Of a DNA stretch of 64,000 nt, positions 9,307 to 24,842 are shown piece after piece. Below the pieces are notes generated by a model, which saw only the letters and a list, made by a program, of their open reading frames with translations, was not told where the DNA came from and searched no databases. The stretch comes from an uncultured Gemmatimonadales bacterium (GTDB lineage: Bacteria; Gemmatimonadota; Gemmatimonadetes; Gemmatimonadales; Gemmatimonadaceae). The position numbers and the translations under genes are program-made. Each line of letters opens with the position of its first letter. Position 1 is the stretch's first letter. The DNA is taken from assembly GCA_963793305.1 (NCBI GenBank), contig CAWBZV010000002.1, forward strand, positions 416,001-480,000, read 5' to 3'.

Positions 9307-12300
9307 ATGAGGCATTGTCGTCATGTGTTGGTCGTAACCATGGGGGTCGGCATGCTGCTCGTGGCGGGGCGACTGCATGCCCAAGTCGCGGGCGACACCG
9401 TCAAAGGGCAGGTGCTGGATACCGCCCAGGCGGCCATCGCCAATGCTCGCATTACGCTCGTCGGCACCACGAAAGGCGCGGTGACGCGAACGGATGGCCG
9501 CTACGTCATTACCGGCGTCGCGCCGGGGCAATACACCGTTGCGGCGGCCCATCTCGGATTCCAACCGCAGCAGCACACGGTCACGGTCACCGCCGGCCAG
9601 ACGGCGCTCGTGGACTTCGCGTTGCACCTCGCGGCATTCCGACTCCAGGAGCAGGTCGTCGTCGCCTACGGCACAGAGACGAAAGCCGATGTCACCGGGT
9701 CGGTGGCGACGATCACGGGGGACGAGGTGAACCAGTCGGCAACGGTGTCCGTGGAGCAGGGCCTCCAGGGCCGCATGGCCGGCGTTCAGGTCATTCAGAA
9801 CGACGCCGCGCCGGGCGGAGGCATCAGCGTGCAGATCCGCGGCATGAGCACGCTGACGGGCGTCACCAGTCCGCTCTACGTCGTCGATGGCGTGATCTAC
9901 GAGAACGTCATTGACGGACAAAAACCAGATCCTCTCGCAGAGCGGCAAGAGCACGAGCCTCGGGCTCACCGACCTGACCTCGACCAATCCACTGGCCGAG
10001 ATTAATCCCGCCGACATCGAGTCGATCGATATCCTGAAGGACGCGTCGGCCACGGCGCTGTATGGCAGCCGCGCGACCAACGGTGTCGTCATCATCACGA
10101 CGAAGCGTGGCCAGCATCTGCGCCAGGGCCACTGGACGTTGAACCTCCAGCAGGGATACGCGTCGAATATCAACCAGATCCAGGTGCTGAACGCGTTCCA
10201 GTACGCCACGTATGTGAACTCGGCCTACACGAACGCGAACAACGGCAGCACCGCGAACGATCCGTATGGCGGCGCCAACCACCCCGGGAGCTTCACGCCA
10301 TCCCAGATCCAGTCGGCGGTCGGGCCCGGTATCAACTGGCAGAACCAGATCTTTCACACGGCGCCGGTCACGAACCTGCAGGGTGGATTCCTGGGCGGCG
10401 ATGACCATACGAATTATTCGGTCGCGGGCAACTACCTGAAACAAAGCGGCTCGATCGTCGGCTCGGAGTACGACCGCTACGGGATCCGGGCGAACCTCGA
10501 TCGCGATATCAACTCGCACATCAAGCTGTACTTCAGCTCCGAGTTCAATCGCACGAGCAACAACATCGTGTTCACGGCGACGCAGACGAGCGGGAACGCG
10601 GCCGGCGTCGTGCGCAGTGCGCTGCAGTATCCGCCGTTCCTGCCGATCGGCGATACGCTGACGCTGCGCTCGAATCCGCAATTCACGGATCCCGCCTTGT
10701 TCTCGTATTACGGCGCGAATCCGCTCGATTACACGGACGACGTGCCCGAGAATCAGCAGTACCTCCGGGGGATCGGGAACGCGCGCATGACGGCCGACCT
10801 GACGCACCATTTCTCGCTCGACGCGAGCGTCGGCGGCAATTTCGAGCAGCAGAACTACAGTCTCTATACGCCGAGTTACGTCCAGGAAGGCGGGAGCACG
10901 AGCGGCCTGGCGGTGCAGGCCTCGTCGCAGTTCAGCGACATCCAGACCGAGGACCTGCTCCGGTACGGCAACACCTTCGGCCCGCACCGGGTGGACTTCG
11001 TCGGTGGATACACGTACGAGGCCGACCGCAACACGTACGTCGCCACGACGGCGGCCGATTTCCCGAACGATTACCTCGGCGCGAACGCGCTCGCCAACGC
11101 GCTCCTCGTGTACCCCGTGAACAATGCGCTCCAGACGTGGTCGCTCCGGTCATGGCTCGGGCGCGTGAACTACTCCTACGCCGATCGCTACCTCGCGACG
11201 GCGTCCCTGCGGCAGGATTGCTCCTCGCTCTTCGCCGATAACAACAAGTGCGCCACCTTCCCAGCGTTCGCGTTGGCCTGGCGGCCGATCGAAGAGTCGT
11301 TCATGAAGAACCAGCAGATTTTCTCGGATCTCAAAGTCCGCGCGAGCTGGGGTCAGTCCGGGAATACGTCGATCGGACCCTATCAGTCGCTGGGGCAGAT
11401 CACCACGCCGGGCAGCTATCAGACGCCGATCGGCAACACGATCGTATCAGACCTGTCGGTCTCACAGCTCGGGAACCCGAACCTCAAGTGGGAGACGACG
11501 TCGCAGCTGGATATCGGATTGGATTTTGGATTGTTCGATCAGCGGATGACGTTCAGCGGCGACTACTATAACAAGCGCACCGTCAATCTGCTCCAAGCGC
11601 TGGCGCTGCCCGACAATACGGGCTTCGGATCGATCTTCTTCAACTCCGGTATCATCACGAACAAGGGCATCGAGCTCTCCGCCGCGCTCAATGTGTTCCG
11701 GAATCAGCGTGTGGTGGGTCAGTCGTTCAGCTGGAATATCTCGGCCAACGCGTTCCACAACGCGAACAACGTCGTGAGCCTGGGTCCGATCGCCCAGGAG
11801 TTCCTGACCCGACTCGGCCCTGGCGCTGGCGCGACGTTCCAGCCGTTCATCGAGCAGCCGGGCCTCCCGCTCGGCACGATTTGGGGCTACGTCGCGGACG
11901 GCATCTTCAAGACGCAGGCCGAGGTGAACGCGTACGCAAACATCCAGCCCGGCGCGACGATTGGGAGCTATCGCTGGAAGCACTTCGGCTCGGCCACGAC
12001 GCCGCTCAGCCCGAGCGATGAGCGGCCGCTCGGCGACGTCAACCCGGATTGGGTCTACGGGTTCACGAACCGCTTCAAGTTTGGCCGCGCGGATCTGAGC
12101 GTGCTGGTGAACATCTCGCGCGGCAACAGCATCATCAATCTCCAGCGGTACACGTACCTGCAGCTCCAAGGCACGTACAACGAGCCCCTCACGTACGTGC
12201 AGAACTCGTTCAATCCGGTCACGAATCCGAACGGCAAGTACGCGGAGATCAACGCGAACAACGGCGCGTTCCCATTCATGAACAGTCTGATGGTCGAGGA

Positions 12301-12548
12301 TGGGTCGTATCTGCGGCTCAAGAACGTCCAGCTGGGCTACACGATCGATCTGCCTGGCGCGCGGGTCGCCCGGATCTACGTCTCGGGGATCAACCTGCTG
12401 ACGTTCGACCAACTACTCCGGGTATGATCCGGAAGTCGGCGCGGTCGGCAACGGCGTGGGTGCCGATATCAATCACATGCCGGGTGTCGATCAAGGCAGC
12501 TATCCGGCGCAGCGTATCTTCTCGTTCGGCGTGAACACGTCATTCTGA
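9307..12548 (+). CDS. susC: SusC/RagA family TonB-dependent transporter (two apparent +1 frameshifts)
   Basis: CarboxypepD-like N-terminus, [52 protein letters not shown], ends YSGYDPEV...VNTSF; frames join at 9903-9909 and 12400-12406. Confidence 0.92.
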
Positions 12549-12561
12549 GGACCATCATCCC

Positions 12562-14232
12562 ATGAATCGCTTCGCACTCTGTGCCGTCGCTGCCCTGCTG
12601 GTGGGATGCGGAAATATGAAAGAGTCCCCCAACGGGTTTCTGACGCCCAATCAGTTTTTCCAGAACGACCAGGAAATTCACGCCGGATTGGCCGGCGCCT
12701 GGGAACCACTGATCGACTACAACCTGTACAAGCAGCCGTCCTGGATCGGCGAGTCGTTCGAGGATCCGTATCTCAATCCGGAGAACTGGCTCGGCGGGTC
12801 AGGGACGTACAACGGTGTCACCGAAGGCAACTGGTACACCGAGCGCCCATGGACGGGCGACTATCAGCTGATCTCGGGCGCCGACCAGGTCTTGGCCTCG
12901 ATCCCGAAGTGCACCGGGTGCACCAAAGCGAACAGCAAGCTGTACGCGGGGCAGGCGTATTTCCTGCGCGCCTGGGCGTATTTTGATCTCGCGATGCGCT
13001 TTGGACCCGCGGTGATCCGGAACACGCCGTATACCTTCACTCCCACGGGCGGCGCGGTCACGCGCTCACCGCTGCCGGTCGTGTATCAGCAGATCTCAGC
13101 CGACCTGCATCAGGCGATCGACTCGCTTCCGACCTCGAACTATTCGGAGTCGATCGGCGGGAGCCGGCCGAGCGCGATCAGCGCCTGGGGCCTCCTCGCG
13201 AAAGTGTACCTATTCGAGGCGGGTCACCAGTTCGATGACGAGAACGCGGCGGACACGACCGGTTACCACCCGAACGCGACCTACATGGATTCGGCGGCCT
13301 ACGCCGCGCAGCAGGTGATCTCGAGCGGTGTCCCGTCGCTGGAGCCGAACTATCAGACCCTGTTCGACCCGGTCGCGCAGAAATCGAGCTCGGAGATTCT
13401 CTGGACCGTCGATTTGAGCAATGCCGCAAGCGGCAGCGGATCAGAGATCAGCGACTTTTTCACGCCGCAAGATTGGCAGCTGGGCGGCGGATTCGGCCAG
13501 GGATTCATCGGGGTGCGGCGAGATTTCTATAACACGTTCGAGCCCGGCGATCTCCGCGTGGCACCGAACAAGGGCATCTTCATTCACTGGATCCAGAATG
13601 ACACCAAGGGTGCCACGTCGCCGCAGGGGATTCTCCTCGACTCACTCGCGGCGTACGAGGCGGCACGCGGCGCCGTCAAGGACTCGATCTATAATTACGG
13701 TGCATATCACCAGAACTGTCGCGACTTCGGCGCGAACGGGCATCGGATGACGTTCGCCGACGGCTCGACGGACTCGATCTACGCGTCGCCCGAGATCTTC
13801 AGCACGAAATACGTGGACCAGAATGCGACATCGAAACTCAACAATGGCAACGATATCCACCTCGTGCGGTACGCCGAAGTCCTCTTGATCTACGCCGAGG
13901 CGGAGAATGAGGTCGCGGGGCCGACGGGCGCTGCCTTCACCGCGTTGAACCAGGTGCGCGCGCGGGCGGGCTTGCCGCCATCAACCGCGTCTGGCCAAGC
14001 GGCATTTCGTCAGGCGGTGTGGAATGAACGAGCGCACGAACTGTTCGCGGAAGGCATGACGAAGTTCGATCTCATCCGGCAGAATCGCTGGATCCAAACG
14101 ATCAATGCGCCGTCCACGCTTTACCCGGCGGATGGGGCCTGCGCCAGCGAACTGCTGATCAACCAACTCACGCCGCTGCCGCAGTCTGAGCTGAGCGGGA
14201 ATCCGCTGGCGAAGCAGAACCCGGGTTGGTGA
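12562..14232 (+). CDS. susD: SusD/RagB family nutrient-binding lipoprotein
   Basis: LVGC lipobox; AYFLRAWAYFDL, RYAEVLLIYAEA, ERAHELFAEG, QNPGW end; follows SusC. Confidence 0.92.
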   Translation: MNRFALCAVAALLVGCGNMKESPNGFLTPNQFFQNDQEIHAGLAGAWEPLIDYNLYKQPSWIGESFEDPYLNPENWLGGSGTYNGVTEGNWYTERPWTGDYQLISGADQVLASIPKCTGCTKANSKLYAGQAYFLRAWAYFDLAMRFGPAVIRNTPYTFTPTGGAVTRSPLPVVYQQISADLHQAIDSLPTSNYSESIGGSRPSAISAWGLLAKVYLFEAGHQFDDENAADTTGYHPNATYMDSAAYAAQQVISSGVPSLEPNYQTLFDPVAQKSSSEILWTVDLSNAASGSGSEISDFFTPQDWQLGGGFGQGFIGVRRDFYNTFEPGDLRVAPNKGIFIHWIQNDTKGATSPQGILLDSLAAYEAARGAVKDSIYNYGAYHQNCRDFGANGHRMTFADGSTDSIYASPEIFSTKYVDQNATSKLNNGNDIHLVRYAEVLLIYAEAENEVAGPTGAAFTALNQVRARAGLPPSTASGQAAFRQAVWNERAHELFAEGMTKFDLIRQNRWIQTINAPSTLYPADGACASELLINQLTPLPQSELSGNPLAKQNPGW

Positions 14233-14244
14233 CCCAAGTAGGAT

Positions 14245-16111
14245 ATGACACTCCGGCTCCTCGATGTCCTGATTATCGCGGCCTATGTGGTCACGACGGT
14301 CATCATCGGCTTCTGGATCTCGAAGAAGGCATCGAGGAGCCTCCGGAGTTACTTCCTGGGTGGCAACCGCATTCCGTGGTACGTGCTCGGCGTGTCCAAT
14401 GCGTCGGGCATGTTCGACATCAGCGGGACCATGTGGTTGGTGTCGCTGCTGTTCGTCTACGGGCTCAAGAGCATTCTGGATCCCGTGGCTCTGGCCGGTC
14501 TTCAATCAGATCGTGCTGATGGTCTTCCTGTCGACGTGGCTGCGCCGGTCCGGCGTCATGACCGGCGCGGAGTGGATCCGGTTTCGGTTCGGCGATGGAC
14601 GCGGGGCGCAACTGGCCCATCTGATCGTGGTCGTCTTCGCCCTGTTGAACGTCGTGGGCTTTCTCGCCTACGCGTATATCGGCATCGGAAAGTTCGCCTC
14701 GACGTTCCTGCCCTGGCAGCTGTCCGCCGACCCTGGGACGAACGTGAAGCTCTGGGGCTGTCTGATTATCGCCATTACGACACTCTATGTCGTTAAGGGT
14801 GGGATGTTCAGCGTCGTATCGACCGAGTTATTGCAGTTTGCGCTGTTGACCGTCGCGAGCATCGCCGTCGGCGTCCTGGTCATGCACCAGGTCTCACCGG
14901 CCATGCTCGACCCGGTGATCCCGCAGGGTTGGCGCAATCCGTTCTTCGGGTGGCACCTGCATCTCGATTGGTCGCATATCATGCCGGCGGTCGACCAGCG
15001 GATCGCCTCCGATGGGTGGTCGTTCTTCGGCGCCTTCTTCGCGATGATGCTGTTCAAGGGTCTCTTGCAAGCCGGCGCGGGCCCGGCGCCGAACTACGAT
15101 ATGCAACGGGTTCTGTCGACGCGGAGTCCCAGTGAAGCCGCGAAGATGAACGGCTTCGTCAACGTCGTCCTCATTGTCCCACGGTACATGCTGGTGACTG
15201 GTCTGACGGTGCTGGCCCTCGTCTACTTCAATCACCAGCTCAACGCCATGGGGACGCACGTCGATTTCGAGCTGGTCCTCCCGCTCGCGATGCGCAGTTT
15301 CATACCGACCGGTCTCCTCGGACTCCTGATCGCAGCACTCCTCGCCGCATTCATGTCGAACTACGCCGCCACGGTGAACGCCGCGCCAGCGTACCTCGTC
15401 AATGATATCTACAAACGTTATATCAACCCGCGCGCCGACCAGCGCACGCTCGTGCGCATGAGCTACGCGACGTCGATTCTCGTCGTGATCATCGGCACCG
15501 CGACGGGCCTCTTCGTGGCGTCGCTCAATGGCATTGTCCAGTGGATCGTCTCGGCGCTCTACGGCGGCTACACCGCATCGAACCTGTTGAAATGGTACTG
15601 GTGGCGCTTCAATAGCTACGGCTACTTCTGGGGCATGCTCGCCGGCATCGTCGCCGCAATGCTCGGCGCCTTGGTGCCGAACCTCGCCCCGATCTACATC
15701 TTCCCGGCGATCCTCGCGTTGTCCCTCATCGGCGCGATCGCCGGGACGCTCTTGACGCCACCGGACGAGCCTCACGTGCTCGACCGCTTCTATTTGAGGG
15801 TCCGCCCCTGGGGGTTCTGGGGTCCCGTGCACGACCGCGTAGCGCTCACCCACCCGGGCCTGGTCGCGAATCAGAATTTTCGCCGCGACATGTTCAACGT
15901 CGTCGTCGGCATCGTCTGGCAGACCGCCCTGACGGCGACTGGCATCTTGCTCGTGCTCCGCGACTGGCGCGCGCTCGCCATCAGCGTGTCGCTGGTCGTC
16001 GTGAGCGCCGTCATCCTCAAGTTCACGTGGTACAATCGAATCGAAGATTACCCGGCTGACCCGTCGCCGATCGTTGTCGACGAGCCGGAGATCGCTTTGG
16101 TGAGCCCTTGA
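14245..16111 (+). CDS. sodium:solute symporter (manno-oligosaccharide importer; apparent frameshift ~14474)
   Basis: YFLGGNRIPWYVLGVSNASGMFDISG joins IWIPWLWPVFNQ; many TM helices; NYDMQRVLS. Confidence 0.88.
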
Positions 16112-17284
16112 TGTCAATGTCCGCTTTTGACGCTCGTGTCCGCGCGCTGGTCGGCGCCTACGAAGCCCTCGTCACCCGGCCGAACCAACGCGTGGCCGGC
16201 GGGAGCGGCATTATCGACCGCTACCGTCACCCCGCGCTCACGGCCGCGCATACGCCGGTCTTCTGGCGCTACGATCTCACGGAGTCGACGAACCCGGATT
16301 TGCTCGAGCGCTTGGGGGTCAATGCGGTGTTAAACCCCGGTGCGATCAAGCACGCCGGCCGCTATCTCATGGTGCCGCGGGTGGAGGGCGTCGACCGCAA
16401 ATCGTTCTTCGCCGTCGCCGAGAGCCCGAATGGCATCGACCAGTGGCGTTTCTGGGATTATCCCATTCGCCTGCCCGAGACGGACCAGCCGGAACGTCAA
16501 CGTCTACGACATGCGGCTCACGAGCCATGAAGACGGGTGGATCTACGGTGTCTTCTGCACCGAGCGCAAGGACCTGTGTGCGCCCACCGACCCATCGGCC
16601 GCCATCGCGCAAGCTGGTATCGCGCGGACGCGCGACCTGCTCACCTGGGAGCGGCTGGATGACCTCCGCACGCGGTCGCGCCAGCAGCGCAACGTGGTAC
16701 TTCATCCGGAGCTCGTCGACGGCAAGTACGCGTTCTACACGCGACCGCAAGATGGCTTTATCGACACAGGCTCCGGCGGAGGCATTGGCTGGGGCCTAGC
16801 CGATGACATAGAGCACGCTATTATCGCCGACGAGCGCATTGTCGATCCGCGCCTGTATCACACGGTCAAAGAGATCAAGAACGGCCAGGGCCCGCCGCCG
16901 ATCAAGACGAAAGAGGGTTGGCTCCACCTCGCCCACGGTGTGCGGAACACCGCCGCCGGACTCCGCTACGTGCTCTACCTGTTCATGACGGACCTCGCCG
17001 AGCCGTGGCGCGTCATCCATGCGCCGGGCGGATACCTGATCGCGCCGGAGGGCGACGAGCGCGTCGGCGACGTCTCGAACGTCGTGTTCGCGAGCGGTTG
17101 GATCGCCGATGACGATGGGACGGTGTTCATCTATTATGCGTCCTCCGACACGCGCATTCACGTGGCGACGTCCAACGTCGCCCGGCTGGTCGACCACGCG
17201 ATGCACGCTCCGCCGGACCCGCTCCGGTCCGCCGCGAGCGTCGAACAGCGCTACGATCTGATTCGCCGGAACCTCGGCGCATGA
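16111..17284 (+). CDS. GH130 4-O-beta-D-mannosyl-D-glucose phosphorylase (apparent frameshift ~16493)
   Basis: [60 protein letters not shown]. Confidence 0.9.
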
Positions 17285-18505
17285 GCGCGCGGCCGCAGCT
17301 CAACGCGCTCCGGGCAGAGCTCGAGCACGAGCTGACGCACGGCATTCTGCCGTACTGGATGGGTCGGGCCGTGGATCAGGCGCATGGCGGGTTCGTCGGG
17401 GCCATCACCGAGGACGACCGTCCGGAGCCGGACGCGGCGAAGGGCGCCATATTGAACGCGCGGATTCTCTGGACGTTCGCCGCCGCCTATCGCGTGCTGG
17501 CCGACCCGGCGTATCGGGCGATGGCCGAGCGCGCGGTGTCGTATCTCCGGACGCACCTGATCGATCCGACCCACGGCGGCGTCTACTGGACGGTCGACGC
17601 CTCGGGCGCACCGCTCGACGACCGGAAGCACGTCTACGCCCAGGCGTTCGCCATCTACGCGCTGTCCGAGCACTACCGCGCGACGGCCGACGGCGACAGC
17701 CGCCAGCAGGCGATCCGATTGTTCGAGCTCATCGAGCGGCACGCACACGACGCGCAGTACGGCGGATACGAGGAGGCCTTCTCCCGAGACTGGGTGCGGC
17801 TCTCCGATGTCCGGCTCAGCGCGGAAGATCGGGACGAGCGCAAGAGCATGAATACGCACCTGCATCTGCTCGAGGCGTACACGAATCTCTATCGCGTGTG
17901 GCCCGATGCGCTGCTCTGGAAGCGCATCGAGGAAATCGTGCGGTTGTTTCTCGACCACATTGTGAGCGCCAAGACCGGACATCTGGGTCTCTTCTTCGAT
18001 GGCGACTGGAAGCCGAAGTCGGCCGTCGTCTCGTTTGGGCACGATATCGAAGCCAGTTGGCTTCTGCTGGAGGCGGCCGAACGTCATCGGCGACGACCGG
18101 CTGCGCGGGGCGGTTCAGCACGCGGCCACCCGCGTCGCGCGAGCCGTGCTCGACGAAGGCGTCGACGGGAGCGGCGGCATCTTCTACGAGCGGTCGTCTG
18201 ACGGGACGATCGATACCGACAAAGAGTGGTGGCCACAGGCAGAGGCCATCGTCGGGTTTGTGAATGCCTACCAGGAGACCGGCCGCGGGGCGTTCCTCCG
18301 TGCTGCCTGGGAAACGTGGCTCTTCACCAAAACTCACATCGTCGACCACCAGCACGGCGAGTGGCGCCGCCGGGTGACCCGCGACGGGGCTCCGCTACCC
18401 GGTATGGAGAAGGCTGGGCTCTGGAAATGCTCGTATCACAACGCGCGGGCGTGCTTGGAAATCATGTCCCGCGCTGGAGCGGCCGCCGAGCGAGTCGCGG
18501 GATGA
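17281..18505 (+). CDS. cellobiose/mannobiose 2-epimerase (AGE family; apparent frameshift ~18080)
   Basis: [61 protein letters not shown]. Confidence 0.9.
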
Positions 18506-20601
18506 GGTTGTCTCGCCTCGCGTGGGCCGCTGTCGTAGCGGTCCCGGCCTGCCACTATGCGGCGGTGTCGCCGGCGATTGCGCCGATGCCAGCGCCCATT
18601 GATCGCCGTGCGACACCCGAGACGCGTGCCCTGTTCGCGAATCTGCGACGTCTCGAAGGCCAAGCCGTACTGTTTGGCCATCAGAACCCGAGGGACCCCG
18701 AGCTCGTAGGCGTCTACCCGGCAGTCTACGGCTGGGAAGTCGCCGCCCTCTGGTGGCACCCGGAGGGCACGGACTCCCTGCGCCAGCGAATCATCGCCAA
18801 CTATAGAAGTGGCGGTGTCATCACGATGTCGTGGCACATGAACAACCTGGCCACGCACAAGAACTTCTACGACACGACGGTCGTCACGCCGCAGCTGCTC
18901 CCAGGCGGCTCGCTCAATGCCGCCTATCGAGGTTGGCTGGACACCGCCGCCGCATTCTTCCAAAGCCTACGCTCGGGCGACACGCTGATCCCCGTCGTAT
19001 TCCGCCCGTTCCACGAGATGACGGGCGGCTGGTTCTGGTGGGGCCGCCGCCACACGACGCCGGCCCAACTCGTGGCCCTCTGGCGTTTCACAGTCGAGTA
19101 TCTCCGCGACGTCAAGGGCGTTCACAACCTGCTCTACGCCTACTCGACAGAACGTCTTCGACTCCCCGTCCGACTATCTGTTGCAATGGCCCGGCGACGC
19201 CTACGTCAACGTCCTTGGCTTCGACGACTACCACAGCGTAAAATCCCCCGACACCCGCGACGTATTCGTGCGCCGCCTGCACGATGTCGTCACCATGGCG
19301 GATGCCCGCCACAAGATCCCGGCGCTGACGGAGACTGGCGTCGACAGCGTACCGGACCCGAACTGGTGGACGGGCACGCTCCTCAGCGCGATCACGAGCG
19401 ACTCGATCACTCGTCGCATCGCGTGGCTCCTGGTATGGTCGAACGCTCCGCGGTATTTCTATACTCCGCGGGCCGGCAATGCAAGCGCCGCCGATTTTGT
19501 TCGCTTTTATCAAAATCCGCTGATCCGCTTCCAAGACAACCTGCCTGACCTCTATCACCTCGGCTCTCGCCCCTCCGACCGCGACGCGACACCAGAGACG
19601 CGGGCGTTGTTCGCCGGACTCAAACGAGTCGAAGGGACCAAGATCTTGCTAGGCCATCATGATGACCTGGCCTATGGCGTAACGTGGAAGAACGAACCGG
19701 GCCGGTCAGATGTGAAGGACGTATCGGGTGCGTACCCCGCCCTCGTCGAGTGGGAATGCGGCAACCTCGAGAAGGGCATGCCCGCCGACCTCGACGGCGT
19801 GACGTTCGACCAGATCCGCCAGTTCGCTCTCGAGGGTTACGGGCGAGGCGAAGTCGTGGCACTCAGCTGGCACATGAGCAACCCGGTGACGGGCGGCAAC
19901 GCTTGGGATACCACGAGCGCGGCATCAGCCGTGCTCCCGGGCGGCGAGCGGCACGAGGCGTATTCCCAATGGCTCGACCGATTCGCCGAGTATCTCGGGA
20001 CGTTCCAACGAGATGGTCGGCCGATCCCGATCATCTTTCGCCCGTTCCACGAGATGACGGGCGGTTGGTTCTGGTGGGGCCGTCGCCACACGACGCCGGC
20101 GGAGTACATCGCGTTGTACCGGTTCACCGTCTCGTACCTGCGCGACACGAAGCACGTCCATAACCTGTTGTACGCCTACACCCCCGACGTCTTCGAGTCC
20201 ACGAGCGACTATCTGCTGCAATACCCGGGCGATGCCTACGTCGACATCATGGGCTACGACGACTACAAGAGCATCAAATCGCCATACACACGACCATACT
20301 TCGTCCAGCAATTGCACGAGCTGGTCGAGCTCGCCGATGCCCGCGGCAAGGTCCCCGCGCTGACCGAGACCGGCGTCCTCGGCATGCCGGATTCGACCTG
20401 GTTCACCGGCACGCTCTTGGCGGGGATCAAGAGCGACGCCGAAACGCGCCGGATCGCGTACGTGTCGCTCTGGCGGAATGCCCGACCCGATCATTTCTTC
20501 GGGCCTTGGCCCGGGAGCGCGAGTGCGCGAGACTTCGTGCGCTTCCGGCACGATCCCCTGATGGCCTTCGAGGGTGACGTGCCCGATCTCTATCGCGCCC
20601 C

Positions 20602-20605
<4 letters not shown>
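18502..20605 (+). CDS. tandem double GH26 beta-mannanase, lipoprotein-like (apparent frameshift ~19151)
   Basis: Two copies of SWHM..N / FRPFHEMTGGWFWWG / HNLLYAY / G.DDY / ALTETG; VPAC lipobox-like N-terminus. Confidence 0.88.
19002..20100 (+). repeat. near-identical ~60 bp internal repeat between the two GH26 domains (~19002-19065 and ~20039-20100)
   Basis: cgcccgttccacgagatgacgggcgg(c/t)tggttctggtggggccg(c/t)cgccacacgacgccggc in both. Confidence 0.85.
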
Positions 20606-22710
<2,105 letters not shown>

Positions 22711-22714
<4 letters not shown>

Positions 22715-23892
22715 GAAAGCTCGTTTTCTTGCTGTGGGCCACCACGCTCCAGGCCCAAAAGACCGAGCGCTTGGCGCTGACGCCCCCGATGGGGTGGAAC
22801 AGCTGGAACGGGTTCCACTGCAACGTGACTGAGGGGCTGATTCGCGAAACGGCCAATGCGATGGTCACGAGCGGCATGCGTGACGCTGGCTACCAGTACG
22901 TGAACATCGACGACTGCTGGCACGGCGCGCGCGATAGCCTGGGATTTATTCATCCGGATTCGGCTCGCTTTCCGACGGGCATGAAAGCGTTGGCCGACTA
23001 TGTCCACGCCAAAGGTCTCAAGCTCGGGATCTACTCCGACGCCGGCTCGAAAACCTGCGGCGGGCGGCCTGGCAGTCGTGGCTACGAAAACCAGGACGCC
23101 CTGACGTACGCCCATTGGGGAGTCGACTATCTCAAGTACGACTGGTGCAACACGGATTCACTCAATGCGGTCGGCGCCTATCTCACCATGCACAATGCCC
23201 TCGCCCGCACGGGTCGTCCGATCGTATTCAGCATCTGCGAATGGGGAAGCAACAAGCCATGGTTATGGGCGAGCGCAGTCGGCAATCTCTGGCGAACGAC
23301 CAGCGACATCCATGCCTGCTTCGACTGCCTCTTGGATCATGACCGGTGGATCCAGTGGGGCGTCGTACCGATCCTCGAGCGACAGCCCGCGCTGCGCGCC
23401 TACGCCGGACCTGGCCATTGGAACGATCCCGACATGCTGGAAGTCGGGAACGGCATGTCGGTCAGCGAGGACCGCGCGCATTTCACCATGTGGGCTATGG
23501 TCGCCGCGCCGCTGATCGCCGGCAACGACATTCGCTCAATGTCGCACGAGACCGCGGCCACGCTCACCAATCGCGCGGTGATTGCCGTCGACCAAGATTC
23601 CCTCGGCATCGAGGGCTTTCGCTACTCGCTCGCCGATAGCGTCGAGGTCTGGTTCAAGCCTTTGGCGCACGATGCGTGGGCTATGGCGTTCTTGAATCGC
23701 GCCCGCTCGCCCCGCAGCGCGACATTCGATTGGCGCCGGGAGTCGGTCGCCGACACGGTATTCAACCGCAAGCTCGAAGGCACGTACCACATTCGCGACC
23801 TCTGGGCCGGCGCCGATCGCGGGACCACGGGCCAGCCGCTCAGCGTGAGCGTGCCGCCGCACGATGTCGTGCTCGTGCGGCTCGCGCGATGA
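22711..23892 (+). CDS. GH27 alpha-galactosidase
   Basis: TPPMGWNSWN, YVNIDDCW, WGVDYLKYDWC, WNDPDMLEVGN. Confidence 0.95.
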
Positions 23893-24842
23893 TCTACCGT
23901 CGTTCCGGTCGCAGCGGACTCGATCTCCCCGCGCTCTCGCTCGGCCTGTGGCACAATTTCGGCAGCGTCGACCCATACGACGTGGCCCGCGCGATGGTCC
24001 TGCACGCGTTCGACATAGGCATTACGCATTTCGACCTCGCGAATAACTACGGTCCGGCGCCAGGCTCGGCCGAGATGACGTTCGGCCGGATTCTGCGAGA
24101 GGATCTGTTGGGCCACCGCGACGAGATGATCATCTCGACGAAGGCCGGATATGGGATGTGGGCAGGCCCCTATGGCGACGGCGGCTCCCGCAAGTATCTG
24201 CTCGCGAGTCTCGACCAGAGTCTCCGCCGGATGGGGCTCGAGTACGTCGATCTCTTCTACTCGCATCGTCCGGACCCGAGGACGCCAGTCGAAGAGACGA
24301 TGCTGGCGCTCGACCAGGTGGTCCGCCAGGGCAAGGCGCTCTACGTCGGTATCTCGAACTACGACCCGGCCCAAACCCAATCCGCCGCGGCTGTCCTCCG
24401 CTCGTTGCGCACGCCGTTCGTGATCCACCAGCCGCGCTACAGCATGTTCGACCGACGCATCGAGAATGGCCTTCTCAATGTTCTGGCCGATCTGGGCCTG
24501 GGCTGCATCGTGTTTTCGCCGCTCGCGCAGGGGCTATTGACCGATCGGTATCTGCGAGACATTCCATCTGATTCCAGGGCAGGGAAGCCCCACGGTTTCC
24601 TCAAGCCGGAATCGATCACCGACGCCCGCCGCGCCCAGATCGTGAAACTCAACGCGATCGCCACCGCCCGCGGCCAAAGTCTCGCTCAGATGGCGATCGC
24701 CTGGGTGCTCCGCCACCCGACGGTGACCTCGGCCCTCATCGGCGCGAGCCGCGTATCACAGATCGACAACTCGGTCGCCGCGCTCGACCGATTGGCATTC
24801 TCGGACGACGAGTTGCGCGCGATCGATCAGGCCTTGGCCTGA
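23889..24842 (+). CDS. aldo/keto reductase (L-glyceraldehyde 3-phosphate reductase, YghZ-like)
   Basis: SLGLWHNFG, HFDLANNYGP, STKAGY, GSRKYLLASLDQSL, FSPLAQGLL. Confidence 0.92.
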   Translation: MIYRRSGRSGLDLPALSLGLWHNFGSVDPYDVARAMVLHAFDIGITHFDLANNYGPAPGSAEMTFGRILREDLLGHRDEMIISTKAGYGMWAGPYGDGGSRKYLLASLDQSLRRMGLEYVDLFYSHRPDPRTPVEETMLALDQVVRQGKALYVGISNYDPAQTQSAAAVLRSLRTPFVIHQPRYSMFDRRIENGLLNVLADLGLGCIVFSPLAQGLLTDRYLRDIPSDSRAGKPHGFLKPESITDARRAQIVKLNAIATARGQSLAQMAIAWVLRHPTVTSALIGASRVSQIDNSVAALDRLAFSDDELRAIDQALA